Of a DNA stretch of 25,201 nt, positions 7,608 to 17,142 are shown in pieces (position 1 is the first letter of the stretch; each line of letters starts with the position of its first letter). The notes below the pieces were generated by a model, which saw only the letters and a program-made list of their open reading frames with translations, did not search any database and had not been told where the DNA came from. The stretch comes from an uncultured Deinococcales bacterium. GTDB lineage: Bacteria; Deinococcota; Deinococci; Deinococcales; JAAFIG01. The position numbers and the translations under genes were made by a program. The DNA is taken from NCBI GenBank assembly GCA_964247135.1, contig CAXTTL010000012.1, positions 16,326-41,526 of the forward strand, given 5' to 3'.

Positions 7608-8378
7608 CTACACCCAATCCATGATGCGCCGCGCAATGATTTCGGGCGTTGCGGCGGTGGTGTCCACGTACAACACCCGTTTGGAGTCCAGTTGCAACAA
7701 ATAATCTCGAGCCTCGATTGGGTTGTAATTGCGGCGCTCAGAAACGACGATTTTGGTTTTTGCCACAACCTCAGAGGCACTCAAACCATGATGCTCGAGG
7801 GTTGCGAATTGCTCGAGTTGGGCTTTGGAAAATACAGTATCCACGCCCTTGATGGCTTGAAGTTGTTCGAGCGTAGCGCCTGACGGATTGCCGCTCGAGA
7901 CGCTGTCAAACGCATCGGAGCGCCCCAAAAGGCGTTCAACTCGGGTTTCATCTGGGGCATCAAGCACGATGAACCGCGATTTGGCATGGGTTGTTGCGGC
8001 ATAAGCGACCTCTTCAAGCCCACGCAAGCCATCAAACACCAAGGGCGATTGGATTTGCGAAAGGTTGAGTTGCAACATTCCAATGGCTTGCGCCATGCCC
8101 CCAGGATGCAATTGGCGGTACTTGGCGGTCAAGGCAAAACGCTCCTCGCGGTCGGTCACAGGTTTTCCCGCCAGCGGTTCGATCATCACCACATCGGTGA
8201 TGACACGCCGATCAGGCAAACCCGAGAATTTCCAACCCGCCGTCGTTAACGCCTCAAGTGTGGTGGTTTTGCCAACGCCCGTGACCCCAACCAAGATAAA
8301 GAATTCGAGGTCGGACAGGGCGCTAAAACCAGATTGGGGTTCACCGATCCGAACCATTGATCCAAATTCCAAACGCAT
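7608..8378 (-). CDS. P-loop NTPase/kinase-like protein
   Basis: GVTGVGKTT Walker A, LVFDGLRG; abuts the upstream gene's stop. Confidence 0.8.
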   Translation of the reverse strand: MRLEFGSMVRIGEPQSGFSALSDLEFFILVGVTGVGKTTTLEALTTAGWKFSGLPDRRVITDVVMIEPLAGKPVTDREERFALTAKYRQLHPGGMAQAIGMLQLNLSQIQSPLVFDGLRGLEEVAYAATTHAKSRFIVLDAPDETRVERLLGRSDAFDSVSSGNPSGATLEQLQAIKGVDTVFSKAQLEQFATLEHHGLSASEVVAKTKIVVSERRNYNPIEARDYLLQLDSKRVLYVDTTAATPEIIARRIMDWV

Positions 8379-8714
8379 TTAGTCGGCGCTCGCCGGTTTG
8401 GGCGTGGCTGGCGTTGAGGCTGGCGTGGTGCTCGATTCGGTTTTTGCTGAACCCGAGTCAGGTTTGCCCGAGTCTGATTTGCCGGCATCGGTTTTGGTTT
8501 CTCTTTTACCCGAGTCTGATTTGCTGCCGGTGTCTGGTGCTCGAGAATCGTTTTTGTAAAAGCCGCTGCCCTTAAAAACCACAGCGCTGGCAAAAATGAT
8601 CCGTTTGACCGCCTCGCCCGTTTCTGGATTGGTCTTAAGTGGCGCTTCGGTGATGCGTTGTTCGACCTCGAACCGCGTTCCTGATGTGAGTCCCTCGTAA
8701 ACATACGTCGGCAT
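8379..8714 (-). CDS. FmdB-family regulatory protein, Cys-less variant, with low-complexity tail
   Basis: MPTYVY...FEVEQRITEAPL...VVFKGSGFYKNDSR; TAAAAT 8 nt before ATG. Confidence 0.85.
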   Translation of the reverse strand: MPTYVYEGLTSGTRFEVEQRITEAPLKTNPETGEAVKRIIFASAVVFKGSGFYKNDSRAPDTGSKSDSGKRETKTDAGKSDSGKPDSGSAKTESSTTPASTPATPKPASAD

Positions 8715-8792
8715 ATTCGCTGATTTTAAGCGCAATGCCCAGTGGATACAAGAGACTTCAAACAATTGCAGCCAACAACCCCAGGTTGTACC

Positions 8793-9878
8793 TCAAGAAA
8801 TCAAAGATTCAATGGTCGCCTCAACTTGCGATGTTTGGGCTTCCGACAATGCCCCAATCTCGAGGTCGAGGGCAAAAACGCCGTGGGCTTCGAGGGTTTT
8901 GATGTTGCCCTTGGCGCGTTCGGCACTGAAACCTTCGGGTTCGGCGGTGGCTGGTAGCACGATGCCCAGGCAGTCCTGATCTGGCGTGCGGGAAATCCAG
9001 CGAACGCCGTGTCCGAGTTGGCTGGGTTTGTGCGCAATGTAATCCGAAACACCACTGGGGTGAACTTGCAAGCTGTGCGCCCAACCGTTCTGGTCTGCCA
9101 GATAATCAATGAAAAACACAACTTCGGGATCAAAGCCAAGTCCTGGCTCGAGTTTGTGATGCAAGTTCGGATTGAGCTTTAATTGCTCGAGGAACTCGGC
9201 GTAGCCAGGCGGCGGTTTGATGTGACTCGGAATGCTCGAACGCACCCGCACGGTGTCGCTCGAGGTTACGGCGCTGTATTTCAGTGCGCCGTTGTCCACG
9301 GGGCGAAAATTGACGTGCGCCATGTACATGAATTCCATGCTCGAGTTTTTCAGGTTCTCGAGTTCAAAATGCACGTCGATGCGGCTCGAGTTTTCGTAGA
9401 GTTTGACCAGCGGTTTGGCTTTGTAATTAAAAGCAAATGCCACGGTGTGTTGGTAGGTTCCAGCGATTGCCAGATAACGCCCTTTGGCATCCTCACCGAT
9501 CAAAAGCTGCGTGGTTTGGTACGGGGCATTCGGCAGTTCACCGTGAAGTGGGTGGGTGTCATTGGGACCTGGAACGCCCATTGCGGTTGCGCCGCAATGA
9601 ATCAAAAACCCGCCATACGTCTGCAAGTACGGGGCGTTGTAGGGCATGTCAAACATTGTTTTCATGGTCAGGTTGCGCCCAAAAAACTCGAGCGACCAGA
9701 TTTGCTGCCCTTGAAACGGCAAGACCACCATCTGCCCAACTTCATTTTGCAAGCGAATGCCGTGAACGCCGCTTGGATACAAGAACGTGCTGGCTTTTAG
9801 GTTTCCCAATTCAGCCAGCGGTTTCTCGAGTTCTGAGAACTGGGATTTTTGCAAATGAACGGTCGTTTCCCAGCTCAT
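8793..9878 (-). CDS. Aldose 1-epimerase-fold protein (DUF4432 / DeoM deoxyribose mutarotase-like)
   Basis: YPSGVHGI, LPFQGQQIW, DTHPLHGE, MYMAHVN, DPEVVFF, LPATAEPEG motifs resemble enterobacterial DeoM; GGAGG SD. Confidence 0.8.
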   Translation of the reverse strand: MSWETTVHLQKSQFSELEKPLAELGNLKASTFLYPSGVHGIRLQNEVGQMVVLPFQGQQIWSLEFFGRNLTMKTMFDMPYNAPYLQTYGGFLIHCGATAMGVPGPNDTHPLHGELPNAPYQTTQLLIGEDAKGRYLAIAGTYQHTVAFAFNYKAKPLVKLYENSSRIDVHFELENLKNSSMEFMYMAHVNFRPVDNGALKYSAVTSSDTVRVRSSIPSHIKPPPGYAEFLEQLKLNPNLHHKLEPGLGFDPEVVFFIDYLADQNGWAHSLQVHPSGVSDYIAHKPSQLGHGVRWISRTPDQDCLGIVLPATAEPEGFSAERAKGNIKTLEAHGVFALDLEIGALSEAQTSQVEATIESLIS

Positions 9879-9895
9879 GTTCGCCTCCGTTTAAA

Positions 9896-10828
9896 TTACT
9901 GACTTTGAAACTGACTGACTTCGGCTCGGGTCGGTGGATTTGCGCCGGCTCGGGTGCAGTTGATGGCGGCACTGACGGCGGCAAACCGCATGACCGCCAG
10001 CCAAGTTTCATCGCTGTGTGTTTCGACCTGAGCCGAATTGGTATGCCCGTGCTCGAGAAGCCCCACCATCAAACCAGCCGTGAAGGTATCACCCGCACCA
10101 ACCGTGTCAATCACTTTTACTTTTGGCGTTTCGATCTCGAGGCTTGGTTTGCCAGCCCGAAACAGTACGCTGCCATGTTCGCCTTTGGTGATGATGACCG
10201 CCTTCGGACCTTTGGAGAGCCAGTCCAGCGCGACTTCTTCTAGGGTTTTATCAGGCTCGAGCCAACCCAAATCCTGATCCGAAACCTTAATCAGATGCGC
10301 CAGTTTCAACCAAGCCTCGAGTTTTTGCTTATAACCCAATAAATCTGGGGTCAAAGACGGACGGCAGTTGGGGTCAAAAACCACGGTCAAATGCTCCCGG
10401 TGGCTGGCAACAATATCGGTAATGCTCGAGCTGGTGGGTTCGGTTAAAAGGCTGATCGAACCAAACTGCATAAACCCAACGCTGGCGGGCAAAACGGGGC
10501 GCGGTTGGGGATTGTACAGGGTGTCGGCTGCGCCGGTGCCCATAAAGGAATAGTGTGCCTGTCCGCCGCGCTCTTCAACAAATGCCAGGGTGCTGTGGGC
10601 GTCTGTTTTGATCACATTGTCGGTATCAACCTGGTTTTGCTGCATGTGATCGAACAGTCTTGCGCCGAACAAATCGGTGCTGATCTGGGTTAAAAAAGTG
10701 GTCGCTTGCCCAAGTCTGGCGCTTGCCGTGGCAACGTTCAAACTTGAGCCGCCAACAAAACCCTGAAACGCCAATTCGCCTGTGCTTTTAAAATCGATGA
10801 GTGCCTCGCCTAAAATTGCAATTTTCAT
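9896..10828 (-). CDS. PfkB family carbohydrate kinase (fructokinase-like)
   Basis: GEALIDF, GGSSLNVA, FDPNCRP, DTVGAGDTF; AGGAG SD. Confidence 0.92.
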   Translation of the reverse strand: MKIAILGEALIDFKSTGELAFQGFVGGSSLNVATASARLGQATTFLTQISTDLFGARLFDHMQQNQVDTDNVIKTDAHSTLAFVEERGGQAHYSFMGTGAADTLYNPQPRPVLPASVGFMQFGSISLLTEPTSSSITDIVASHREHLTVVFDPNCRPSLTPDLLGYKQKLEAWLKLAHLIKVSDQDLGWLEPDKTLEEVALDWLSKGPKAVIITKGEHGSVLFRAGKPSLEIETPKVKVIDTVGAGDTFTAGLMVGLLEHGHTNSAQVETHSDETWLAVMRFAAVSAAINCTRAGANPPTRAEVSQFQSQ

Positions 10829-10843
10829 TGGTGCTCCTGAAAT

Positions 10844-11542
10844 TTAATTCTGAATTTGGTCTGCATCCGCCTTGAACGCACGCGCCGCCGCCAGCGTTTC
10901 GGCATGATCGAGCAACTTTGGTAACAAACTTGGCGGCACCGTGATGCTGCCCACGCCAATCTCGAGCAATGCTAAAAACGCCCGTCTCGAGCGGACGCTC
11001 GCCACCAACAAACGGGTTTTGTTGGTTGGATTTCGAGTGATTAAGTCTTGCATTTTGGCGATCAATCCCAAACCATCATGTCCTGCATCCTCGAGACGCC
11101 CCAGATACGGCGCGACATAAGCTGCACCCAATTGGCTTGCCCAGAGTGCCTGCTCGAGCGCGTAGGCGGCGGTGAGGGTCACTGGAATACCGTCGCTGGC
11201 AAGTTTGGCGGCAGCTTTCAATCCTTCCGAGGTCGCTGGAATTTTGGCTACGATTGCGCCAGCCTCGCCGTACTTTAAAAACTCGAGCGCATCGGCAACC
11301 ATGCCAGCACAATCTTGCTGCCACACTTGAACTTGTACGACTCGAGCGCCAAATTCAAAAACCTGCTCAACAAATTTTGACAATCTAGACCTTGAAACAC
11401 CGTCGCGTTTCAAAATGCTAGGGTTGGTGGTGACGCCGTAAACCACAGGATTTTGCAGAGCCTTCTCGAGCAGTTTTAAGTCGGCGCTGTCAATGAACAA
11501 GTGCATGGGCAATCCCGCATCCCTGGTTTGAGGATGATTCAT
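10844..11542 (-). CDS. Transaldolase-family protein, fructose-6-phosphate aldolase (FSA) type
   Basis: LFIDSA, GVTTNPS, catalytic Lys in AKIPAT, YVAPYLGR (Tyr where transaldolases have Phe), LLVASVR; ATGA overlap. Confidence 0.85.
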   Translation of the reverse strand: MNHPQTRDAGLPMHLFIDSADLKLLEKALQNPVVYGVTTNPSILKRDGVSRSRLSKFVEQVFEFGARVVQVQVWQQDCAGMVADALEFLKYGEAGAIVAKIPATSEGLKAAAKLASDGIPVTLTAAYALEQALWASQLGAAYVAPYLGRLEDAGHDGLGLIAKMQDLITRNPTNKTRLLVASVRSRRAFLALLEIGVGSITVPPSLLPKLLDHAETLAAARAFKADADQIQN

Positions 11543-12582
11543 GCTTTCCTCGCTGGTTTGGAAACTCGAGCGCAGGATTTACGTTCGATCAATTTTGTTT
11601 CGAGTCGGGTCACGCCAGCTTCGATTTTTTTACCTTCGATTGAATCTAAAATCATTTGTGCTGCCATTCTACCGAGTTCGTAAGTCGGCTGTGCAATCAC
11701 GGTCAATGGCGGATCGACCACGCTTCCCCAAGTCGAATCGTCAAAACCAATCAGGGACAAGTCTTTGGGCACTCGAACGCCCAGTTCTCGAATCGCTCGC
11801 AAGACGCCGCCCATCATTTGGGCATTGCAAACAAACAAGGCTTTTGGTGGGTTTGGGTGCCCAAACATTTCAATAAAGGCATCAAAACCACTTTCGTCCA
11901 GATTGCGGCAAGTCTTGATCCGTTCAGGCTCGAGTTGGATTTTTGCGATTCGCAGCTCGTCTTGAAACCCCTTTAATCGCTCACGACCCGAAGTGATTTT
12001 GATGTCGCCAGCAATCACACCAAAGTTTGTATGACCCAAATCCAGCAGGTAACGAGCGGCTTGTCGCGCACCGCCAACATTGTCCGAAAGCACGGCTCGA
12101 ACACCCTTTGCGCCGCTGATGCGATCCACCTCGACCACAGGAGTCCCCGCTCGAGCCAGGGCTTCGATGGTTGCCACGCCAACCTCGGTCGGCTCGAGGA
12201 TCACCCCACCGACTTTGAAACCTTTTAAAAGCTCTAAATACTGTTTTTCCTTGTTACCGTCCTCGCTCGAGTTGCACAAAATGGTGGTGTAATGGTGCTC
12301 GCTGGCGAAGTCTTCGACGCCTTTGGCAACCTCGGAGTGAAACTGCACGAGAATATCGGAGATGATCAAACCAATCGTTCTCGAGCCTTGCATCCTGAGA
12401 CTTCGCGCCAATTGATTTGGTGCATAACCCAATTCTGCCGCCGCCTCGAGCACCCGTTCTCGCGTTACCGTGGCGACGCGGTCGGGACGCGTCAACGCCC
12501 TCGAGACCGTGCTGATGCTGACCCCAGCGTGTTTGGCAACACTCTCTAGGTCGGCAGGATTCTCGCTGTTCTCTCGAGCCAC
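11539..12582 (-). CDS. LacI family transcriptional regulator
   Basis: LESVAKHAGVSISTVSRAL HTH, YAPNQLARSL hinge helix, VPKDLSLIGFDD, PPLTVIAQP. Confidence 0.95.
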   Translation of the reverse strand: MARENSENPADLESVAKHAGVSISTVSRALTRPDRVATVTRERVLEAAAELGYAPNQLARSLRMQGSRTIGLIISDILVQFHSEVAKGVEDFASEHHYTTILCNSSEDGNKEKQYLELLKGFKVGGVILEPTEVGVATIEALARAGTPVVEVDRISGAKGVRAVLSDNVGGARQAARYLLDLGHTNFGVIAGDIKITSGRERLKGFQDELRIAKIQLEPERIKTCRNLDESGFDAFIEMFGHPNPPKALFVCNAQMMGGVLRAIRELGVRVPKDLSLIGFDDSTWGSVVDPPLTVIAQPTYELGRMAAQMILDSIEGKKIEAGVTRLETKLIERKSCARVSKPARKA

Positions 12583-12585
12583 GGT

Positions 12586-13449
12586 TTAGCCTTTCACCGC
12601 GCCCACCAGCAAGCCTTTGGAAATATAACGCTCGAGAATCACGGCAATCACGGTTACTGGCGCGATGGTCACCAAGGTCAGCACGCTGATGCCCCACCAT
12701 TGCGGACCACGCTGCGCATTTTGACCCGCCACCAAAATCGGCATGGTCTGAGACGCCAGGGTTTGGGTCAAGAACAGCGCCACAATGTATTCGTTCCAGG
12801 CAAAGACCAGCACAAACAAAAACGTCGCCACCAGTCCAGGCGCAGACAGTGGCAGCGTAATTCTGATAAATGCTTGAATTCTCGAGCAACCGTCGATCAA
12901 CGCGCTCTCCTCGAGTTCGGCTGGGATGCCCAGAAAATAATCGCGCATCAACCAGACGGCAAACGGCAAATTGAAGGCGGCATAGGCAATAATCAGCCCA
13001 AATTTGGTGTCGTGAATGTGCAGCCATTGAAACATCACATACAGCGGAATCACCACCACCACGGGCGGCAGGATTTTTTGCGAGATAAACCAAAAGGCGA
13101 TGTCTTTGTTTTCGATCTTGCCGTACTGGTACGAAAACCGCGCCAAACCGTATGCCGCCAACGAACCGATGGTGATGCACAGCAAACTCGAGAAGATGGC
13201 GACGGTGATCGAATTAAAATACTGAGCGCTGAAAAACTGCCATTGGTCAACCAAAAAGTATTTCCAGTTGTCGAACGTGCCTTGAAAGTCGATGCCAGGA
13301 ATGTACTTGGGTCCTCGGTAGACGTCGATTGGGTTTTTGAAGGCGGTGGTGAGCGTCCAGAGCAGCGGAACGAGCACCACCAACGACCAGATGCCCAGCG
13401 CCAGGTACGAAAAAAAAGCCTGGACAGGGTGACGTCGCTCGAGCATCAC
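12586..13449 (-). CDS. Carbohydrate ABC transporter permease (MalG-like)
   Basis: ELEESALIDGCS EAA loop, multiple TM segments; start at 13449 (GTG) or 13446 (ATG). Confidence 0.93.
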   Translation of the reverse strand: MMLERRHPVQAFFSYLALGIWSLVVLVPLLWTLTTAFKNPIDVYRGPKYIPGIDFQGTFDNWKYFLVDQWQFFSAQYFNSITVAIFSSLLCITIGSLAAYGLARFSYQYGKIENKDIAFWFISQKILPPVVVVIPLYVMFQWLHIHDTKFGLIIAYAAFNLPFAVWLMRDYFLGIPAELEESALIDGCSRIQAFIRITLPLSAPGLVATFLFVLVFAWNEYIVALFLTQTLASQTMPILVAGQNAQRGPQWWGISVLTLVTIAPVTVIAVILERYISKGLLVGAVKG

Positions 13450-14348
13450 ATGCCCCCAGCAATCCGCCGACGCACGGTGTTGACGTACAAGGTCGTCACC
13501 AGGGTAACGGTGAACAGCAAAATATAACCAATGGCGCTGACCTGACCCAAGTTAAAACTGCGCCAAGTCGAATAGGCAAACAAGGTGGTACTTTCGGTTG
13601 CCACGCCAGGACCGCCGCCGGTCAGCACAATCGGCATGTCCACGATTTTGAATGCCTCAACCATCCGAATCAGAATGACCGTGCTCGAGACGGGCAGCAT
13701 CATCGGGAAGGTGATGTGCCAGAACAATTCCCAGGGGGTTGCGCCGTCCACCACCGCAGCCTCGTAAGGTTCGTGCGGTAATGTCTCGAGTCCGGCGAGC
13801 ATGACAATCAAAATGAACGGCGTCCACTGCCAGGTGTCGCCCAGAATAATCAATATTTTTGCCAACGTGCCGTTGCCGAGCCAGGGCAGGTCTTGCAAGC
13901 CAAAAATGCCCATGATCGGCGCGAGCGGTCCGATGCGAAAATCAAAAACCATGCGCATGATGTACGCCACCGCCACGGGGGTAATCATCATGGGAATCAA
14001 GAACAGCACCCGAAAAAACCGTCTGAAACGCAATTTTTGCGTCAGTAACAATGCCAGACCAAAACCCAGAATGTACTGCAAGCTGACGCCAAAAAACACG
14101 TAAATCAGGGTCGTGCCAAGGGTTTCCCAGATATGGCGGTTGCCCAGCACGTCAATAAAATTCCCCAACCAGACAAAACCGCCAAACCCCGAGGGTCCGT
14201 ACCTCGAGATCGCCAGGAACAGGCTGGCGACGGTTGGAAAAATCGAGAGCACGAACACCAAAAAAAGCGCCGGTGCCAGAAAAAATATTTTGGAACGGGT
14301 TTCGCTGCTCGAGAAACCACCTTTTTTTGGGGTCACGTGTTGGCTCAT
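13446..14348 (-). CDS. Carbohydrate ABC transporter permease (MalF-like)
   Basis: PYEAAVVDGAT EAA loop, WQWTPF, LTGGGPG. Confidence 0.93.
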   Translation of the reverse strand: MSQHVTPKKGGFSSSETRSKIFFLAPALFLVFVLSIFPTVASLFLAISRYGPSGFGGFVWLGNFIDVLGNRHIWETLGTTLIYVFFGVSLQYILGFGLALLLTQKLRFRRFFRVLFLIPMMITPVAVAYIMRMVFDFRIGPLAPIMGIFGLQDLPWLGNGTLAKILIILGDTWQWTPFILIVMLAGLETLPHEPYEAAVVDGATPWELFWHITFPMMLPVSSTVILIRMVEAFKIVDMPIVLTGGGPGVATESTTLFAYSTWRSFNLGQVSAIGYILLFTVTLVTTLYVNTVRRRIAGGM

Positions 14349-14481
14349 GTTTTATTCCTGAATGTTGCTCGAGTTTGTTTTGTCATTTTTATGTCACCTC
14401 GAAAAGAATTTGATTCTGGATTTATTGATTTACAATACTCTGGAAACTTTTACTCACAACCTCAAGAATTCGCCGTCACTG

Positions 14482-14507
14482 AGGGCGCAGCAAGCAGCGC
14501 CCCTACA
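14482..14507 (-). repeat. GTAG-type REP-like palindrome
   Basis: Minus strand TGTAGGGGCGCTGCTTGCTGCGCCCT: GTAG head followed by a GGGCGC/GCGCCC stem. Confidence 0.7.
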
Positions 14508-14584
14508 AACCCAAAATACTTGGCAAGCACGAATTAGCAAAAACATTCCGAAACTATTGGATTTAAAAATATACGTTTATACCA

Positions 14585-14624
14585 CAAGAAAACAAGACAC
14601 CAGGAATAAAATCCTGGTGTCTTG
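14585..14624 (-). terminator. Intrinsic terminator or stabilising hairpin after the solute-binding protein gene
   Basis: Perfect 13-bp stem CAAGACACCAGGA/TCCTGGTGTCTTG (14593-14624) followed by TTTTCTTG on the minus strand. Confidence 0.75.
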
Positions 14625-14633
14625 CATTGTAAA

Positions 14634-16136
14634 TCAGTTTCCCTCGAGAGACTTCAGTTTCAGGCTGGCACGGTAAATCGTGAGTTGCTTTTTGCGTCCC
14701 AACTCGTCGGTCAGCTTGTCCCAGGCGGCTGAGACGCCGTCGAGTGCGACCTGCGGTGTCTCCTCGCCCGACAAGGCTCGAGCGATGCCCTCGTCCAGCA
14801 ATTTTTGGTAACGGTCGGTGCCTGGAAGGCGAATGTCAAGCACCAAATTCTTGGATTTGAGGCTGGATTTGATTGCGCCCAGGTAATTGCCGGCGTCCTC
14901 TTTGGTCATGCCCGATTTGATCCAGATCGAATCGTTGTTGAAGTGGCTCAGGCGGTAAGGGTTAAAGCCCGTAATGCCCAAGGTCACGTCTTCGTCGCTG
15001 TTTTCGGGTTGGGTCAGGAATGCCAGGTAATCAAAGGCAATGTCCTTGTTTTTGGACTTGGAGTTGACCGCGCCCGACCAGCCACCGAATGCGGCGTAAG
15101 GGGCATAATTGACGGCATTCTTGGTGATCCATTTGTTGGCGCTGCGGTCCCAGACTTCTTTGGAGCCTGGCAAAATGACCGCGCCAAGCTTGCCCTGAAT
15201 GACCGAGGTTTTCTTGTCGGTTGATAGCGAACCGATGTCGCCCCAGTCAATGGCAAGTGCAGCCTGCCCACCGACGAAGGCGGAACGAACGTCGCCGGTG
15301 TCAAAGTTGACCATGTTCGGTGGTCCAAACTTCTGCATTTCTTTCCATTCGCCCAAAGCACGGACAAAGCCGCCCGCGTTGATCAGTGGTTTCATGGTGT
15401 CGCTGTTAAAGAACATGCCTTGGGTCGTGCCCTTGTACTGCATGTAACCGCCGGCTCGAGAACCCAGCACCCAGAAGCTTTGAGCGTTGCGTTTTTGGGC
15501 TTCGGCAACGCCGTACATCTTCACGCCGTCCACGGTTTTACCCGTGAAAAATTCTGCCATGTCGTGGTACTGCCCCCAGGTTTTGGGCGGTACAAGCGCA
15601 TAACCGTACTTGGCGGCGAAATCGGCTTTGAATTGCTTGTTCGCCCACAAATCGCGGCGGTAATAGACCATCTGGAAATCGCCGTCGAGCGGCACCATGT
15701 AGGTTTTACCTGCGTAGGTCGCCGAGAACTCGCGGAAGAACGGCATGATCTCGTTCCATTTGATGCTTGGCGTTTTGGCAATGTAGCTGTCCAAAGGCTC
15801 GAGGTAACCGCCCGAGACGTAATCGCCCAACCACTGCGGGTCGAACACGCCCGCGTCGAAGGTGTTGGTGCCGCTGGTGAAATCGGTCAGGATGCGTGGA
15901 AACAAATCCGAGAAGGTCGTCAGGACCACGTTGATTTTTGCGCCCGTCAGTTTCTCGAATTCTGGGGCGTGCCGCTTTAAAGGCTCACCGATCTGAGGTC
16001 CATCGAAGGTCACGATGGTCATGGTTCGCCCCGCGTATTTGAGGCTCGATTGTCCACTCGCCGCCGCCAACAAACCGACCGCCGCCAGCAGTGCCACACC
16101 CATTAGCGATCCGACCAAAAGCTTTCTTTTGTTCAT
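14634..16136 (-). CDS. Sugar ABC transporter extracellular solute-binding protein
   Basis: Signal peptide, PLDGDFQMVYYRRDL, PPKTW, GW.GAVNSKSKN; CCAGGAGG SD. Confidence 0.92.
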   Translation of the reverse strand: MNKRKLLVGSLMGVALLAAVGLLAAASGQSSLKYAGRTMTIVTFDGPQIGEPLKRHAPEFEKLTGAKINVVLTTFSDLFPRILTDFTSGTNTFDAGVFDPQWLGDYVSGGYLEPLDSYIAKTPSIKWNEIMPFFREFSATYAGKTYMVPLDGDFQMVYYRRDLWANKQFKADFAAKYGYALVPPKTWGQYHDMAEFFTGKTVDGVKMYGVAEAQKRNAQSFWVLGSRAGGYMQYKGTTQGMFFNSDTMKPLINAGGFVRALGEWKEMQKFGPPNMVNFDTGDVRSAFVGGQAALAIDWGDIGSLSTDKKTSVIQGKLGAVILPGSKEVWDRSANKWITKNAVNYAPYAAFGGWSGAVNSKSKNKDIAFDYLAFLTQPENSDEDVTLGITGFNPYRLSHFNNDSIWIKSGMTKEDAGNYLGAIKSSLKSKNLVLDIRLPGTDRYQKLLDEGIARALSGEETPQVALDGVSAAWDKLTDELGRKKQLTIYRASLKLKSLEGN

Positions 16137-16237
16137 GCCCTACCTCCTGGGAATTCACGCCTGAAGTCAAACCCGAGTGCAAACCAAGCACACGAACCAA
16201 AGCCCAAAACTGTGTTTTGGACAAGAAAAACCTTTGA

Positions 16238-16253
16238 CTGCAAACGTTTGCAG
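16238..16253. promoter_or_regulatory. LacI-family operator
   Basis: Perfect 16-bp palindrome CTGCAAAC|GTTTGCAG with central AAACGTTT, between divergent operons, one of which encodes a LacI. Confidence 0.85.
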
Positions 16254-16255
16254 AA

Positions 16256-16285
16256 ACTATAGACCTCGGATTAGAATTCTGTCAA
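16256..16285 (-). promoter_or_regulatory. Sigma-A promoter of the ABC/LacI operon
   Basis: TTGACA (16285-16280), 18 nt, TATAGT (16261-16256); predicted start site falls within the operator. Confidence 0.7.
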
Positions 16286-16362
16286 GAGTTGCAATTCGGG
16301 CAAAACAAAAAATGACGACCCAGTCCAAAGCGCCATATTCCCAAACTTAAAGGAATAAATTC

Positions 16363-17115
16363 ATGTCCAGTACAACACCCATCGCTCGAGTCGCCATCAT
16401 CACAGGGGCAGGTCGCGGTATCGGTGAAGGTTGCGCCCGAGCCTTTCTGGAACAGGGTTTTGCCGTGGTGATCGCCGAAAAAAACCCAAGCTTGGGTTTG
16501 AGGCTCGAGTCTGAATTGGGCTTCAAGGCGCGTTTTATTCAAACCGACGTGACAAATGCTTCGAGCATTGAACATCTCATTTCTCAAACCATTTCCAAAT
16601 TTGGTCGCATCGATGTGCTGGTGAACAACGCTGGTCGCAACAAACGCACGCCGCTGCTCGAGATCAGCCAAAACGACTGGGACGAAGGGATATTGCTGAA
16701 CCTCTCGAGCGTCTTTTTGATGTGCCGCGCCGCCATGCCCGAGCTGGTGAAAACCAAAGGCAGCATCGTCAACGTCTCGAGCTTGGTCGGTTTGCAAGGG
16801 CAATCCGAAGCGGTGGTTTATGCCGCCGCCAAAGGTGGCGTGATTGCCCTGACCAAAACCCTGGCACTCGACTTTGCACCGCTCGGGGTGAGGGTCAACT
16901 GCATTTGCCCAGGCGATATTTGGACGCCGCAATACAGCGAATGGCTCGCGGAACAAACCGATGGAAAAGCCATGCTCGAGGCGATCAATGCGCGGCTTCC
17001 TGTTGGGCGTTTGGGAACAGTCGAAGAGACGGCGCAAGCAATTTTATTTTTGGCAACCAATGGTTTTGCAAACGGCGTTATTCTGACATTGGACGGCGGG
17101 AAAAGTATAGGTTAA
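16363..17115 (+). CDS. SDR oxidoreductase (L-fucose dehydrogenase-like)
   Basis: TGAGRGIG, NNAG, YAAAK, GVRVNCICPGDIWTPQY..W. Confidence 0.9.
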   Translation: MSSTTPIARVAIITGAGRGIGEGCARAFLEQGFAVVIAEKNPSLGLRLESELGFKARFIQTDVTNASSIEHLISQTISKFGRIDVLVNNAGRNKRTPLLEISQNDWDEGILLNLSSVFLMCRAAMPELVKTKGSIVNVSSLVGLQGQSEAVVYAAAKGGVIALTKTLALDFAPLGVRVNCICPGDIWTPQYSEWLAEQTDGKAMLEAINARLPVGRLGTVEETAQAILFLATNGFANGVILTLDGGKSIG

Positions 17116-17142
17116 CAGGTATCGGTTAAATCGGAGGAAATC

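Noticed and set aside
7604-7780. N-terminal extension of the 421-aa ORF
   Set aside because: It overlaps the upstream NTPase gene; the enolase-fold sequence begins at GTG 7603.
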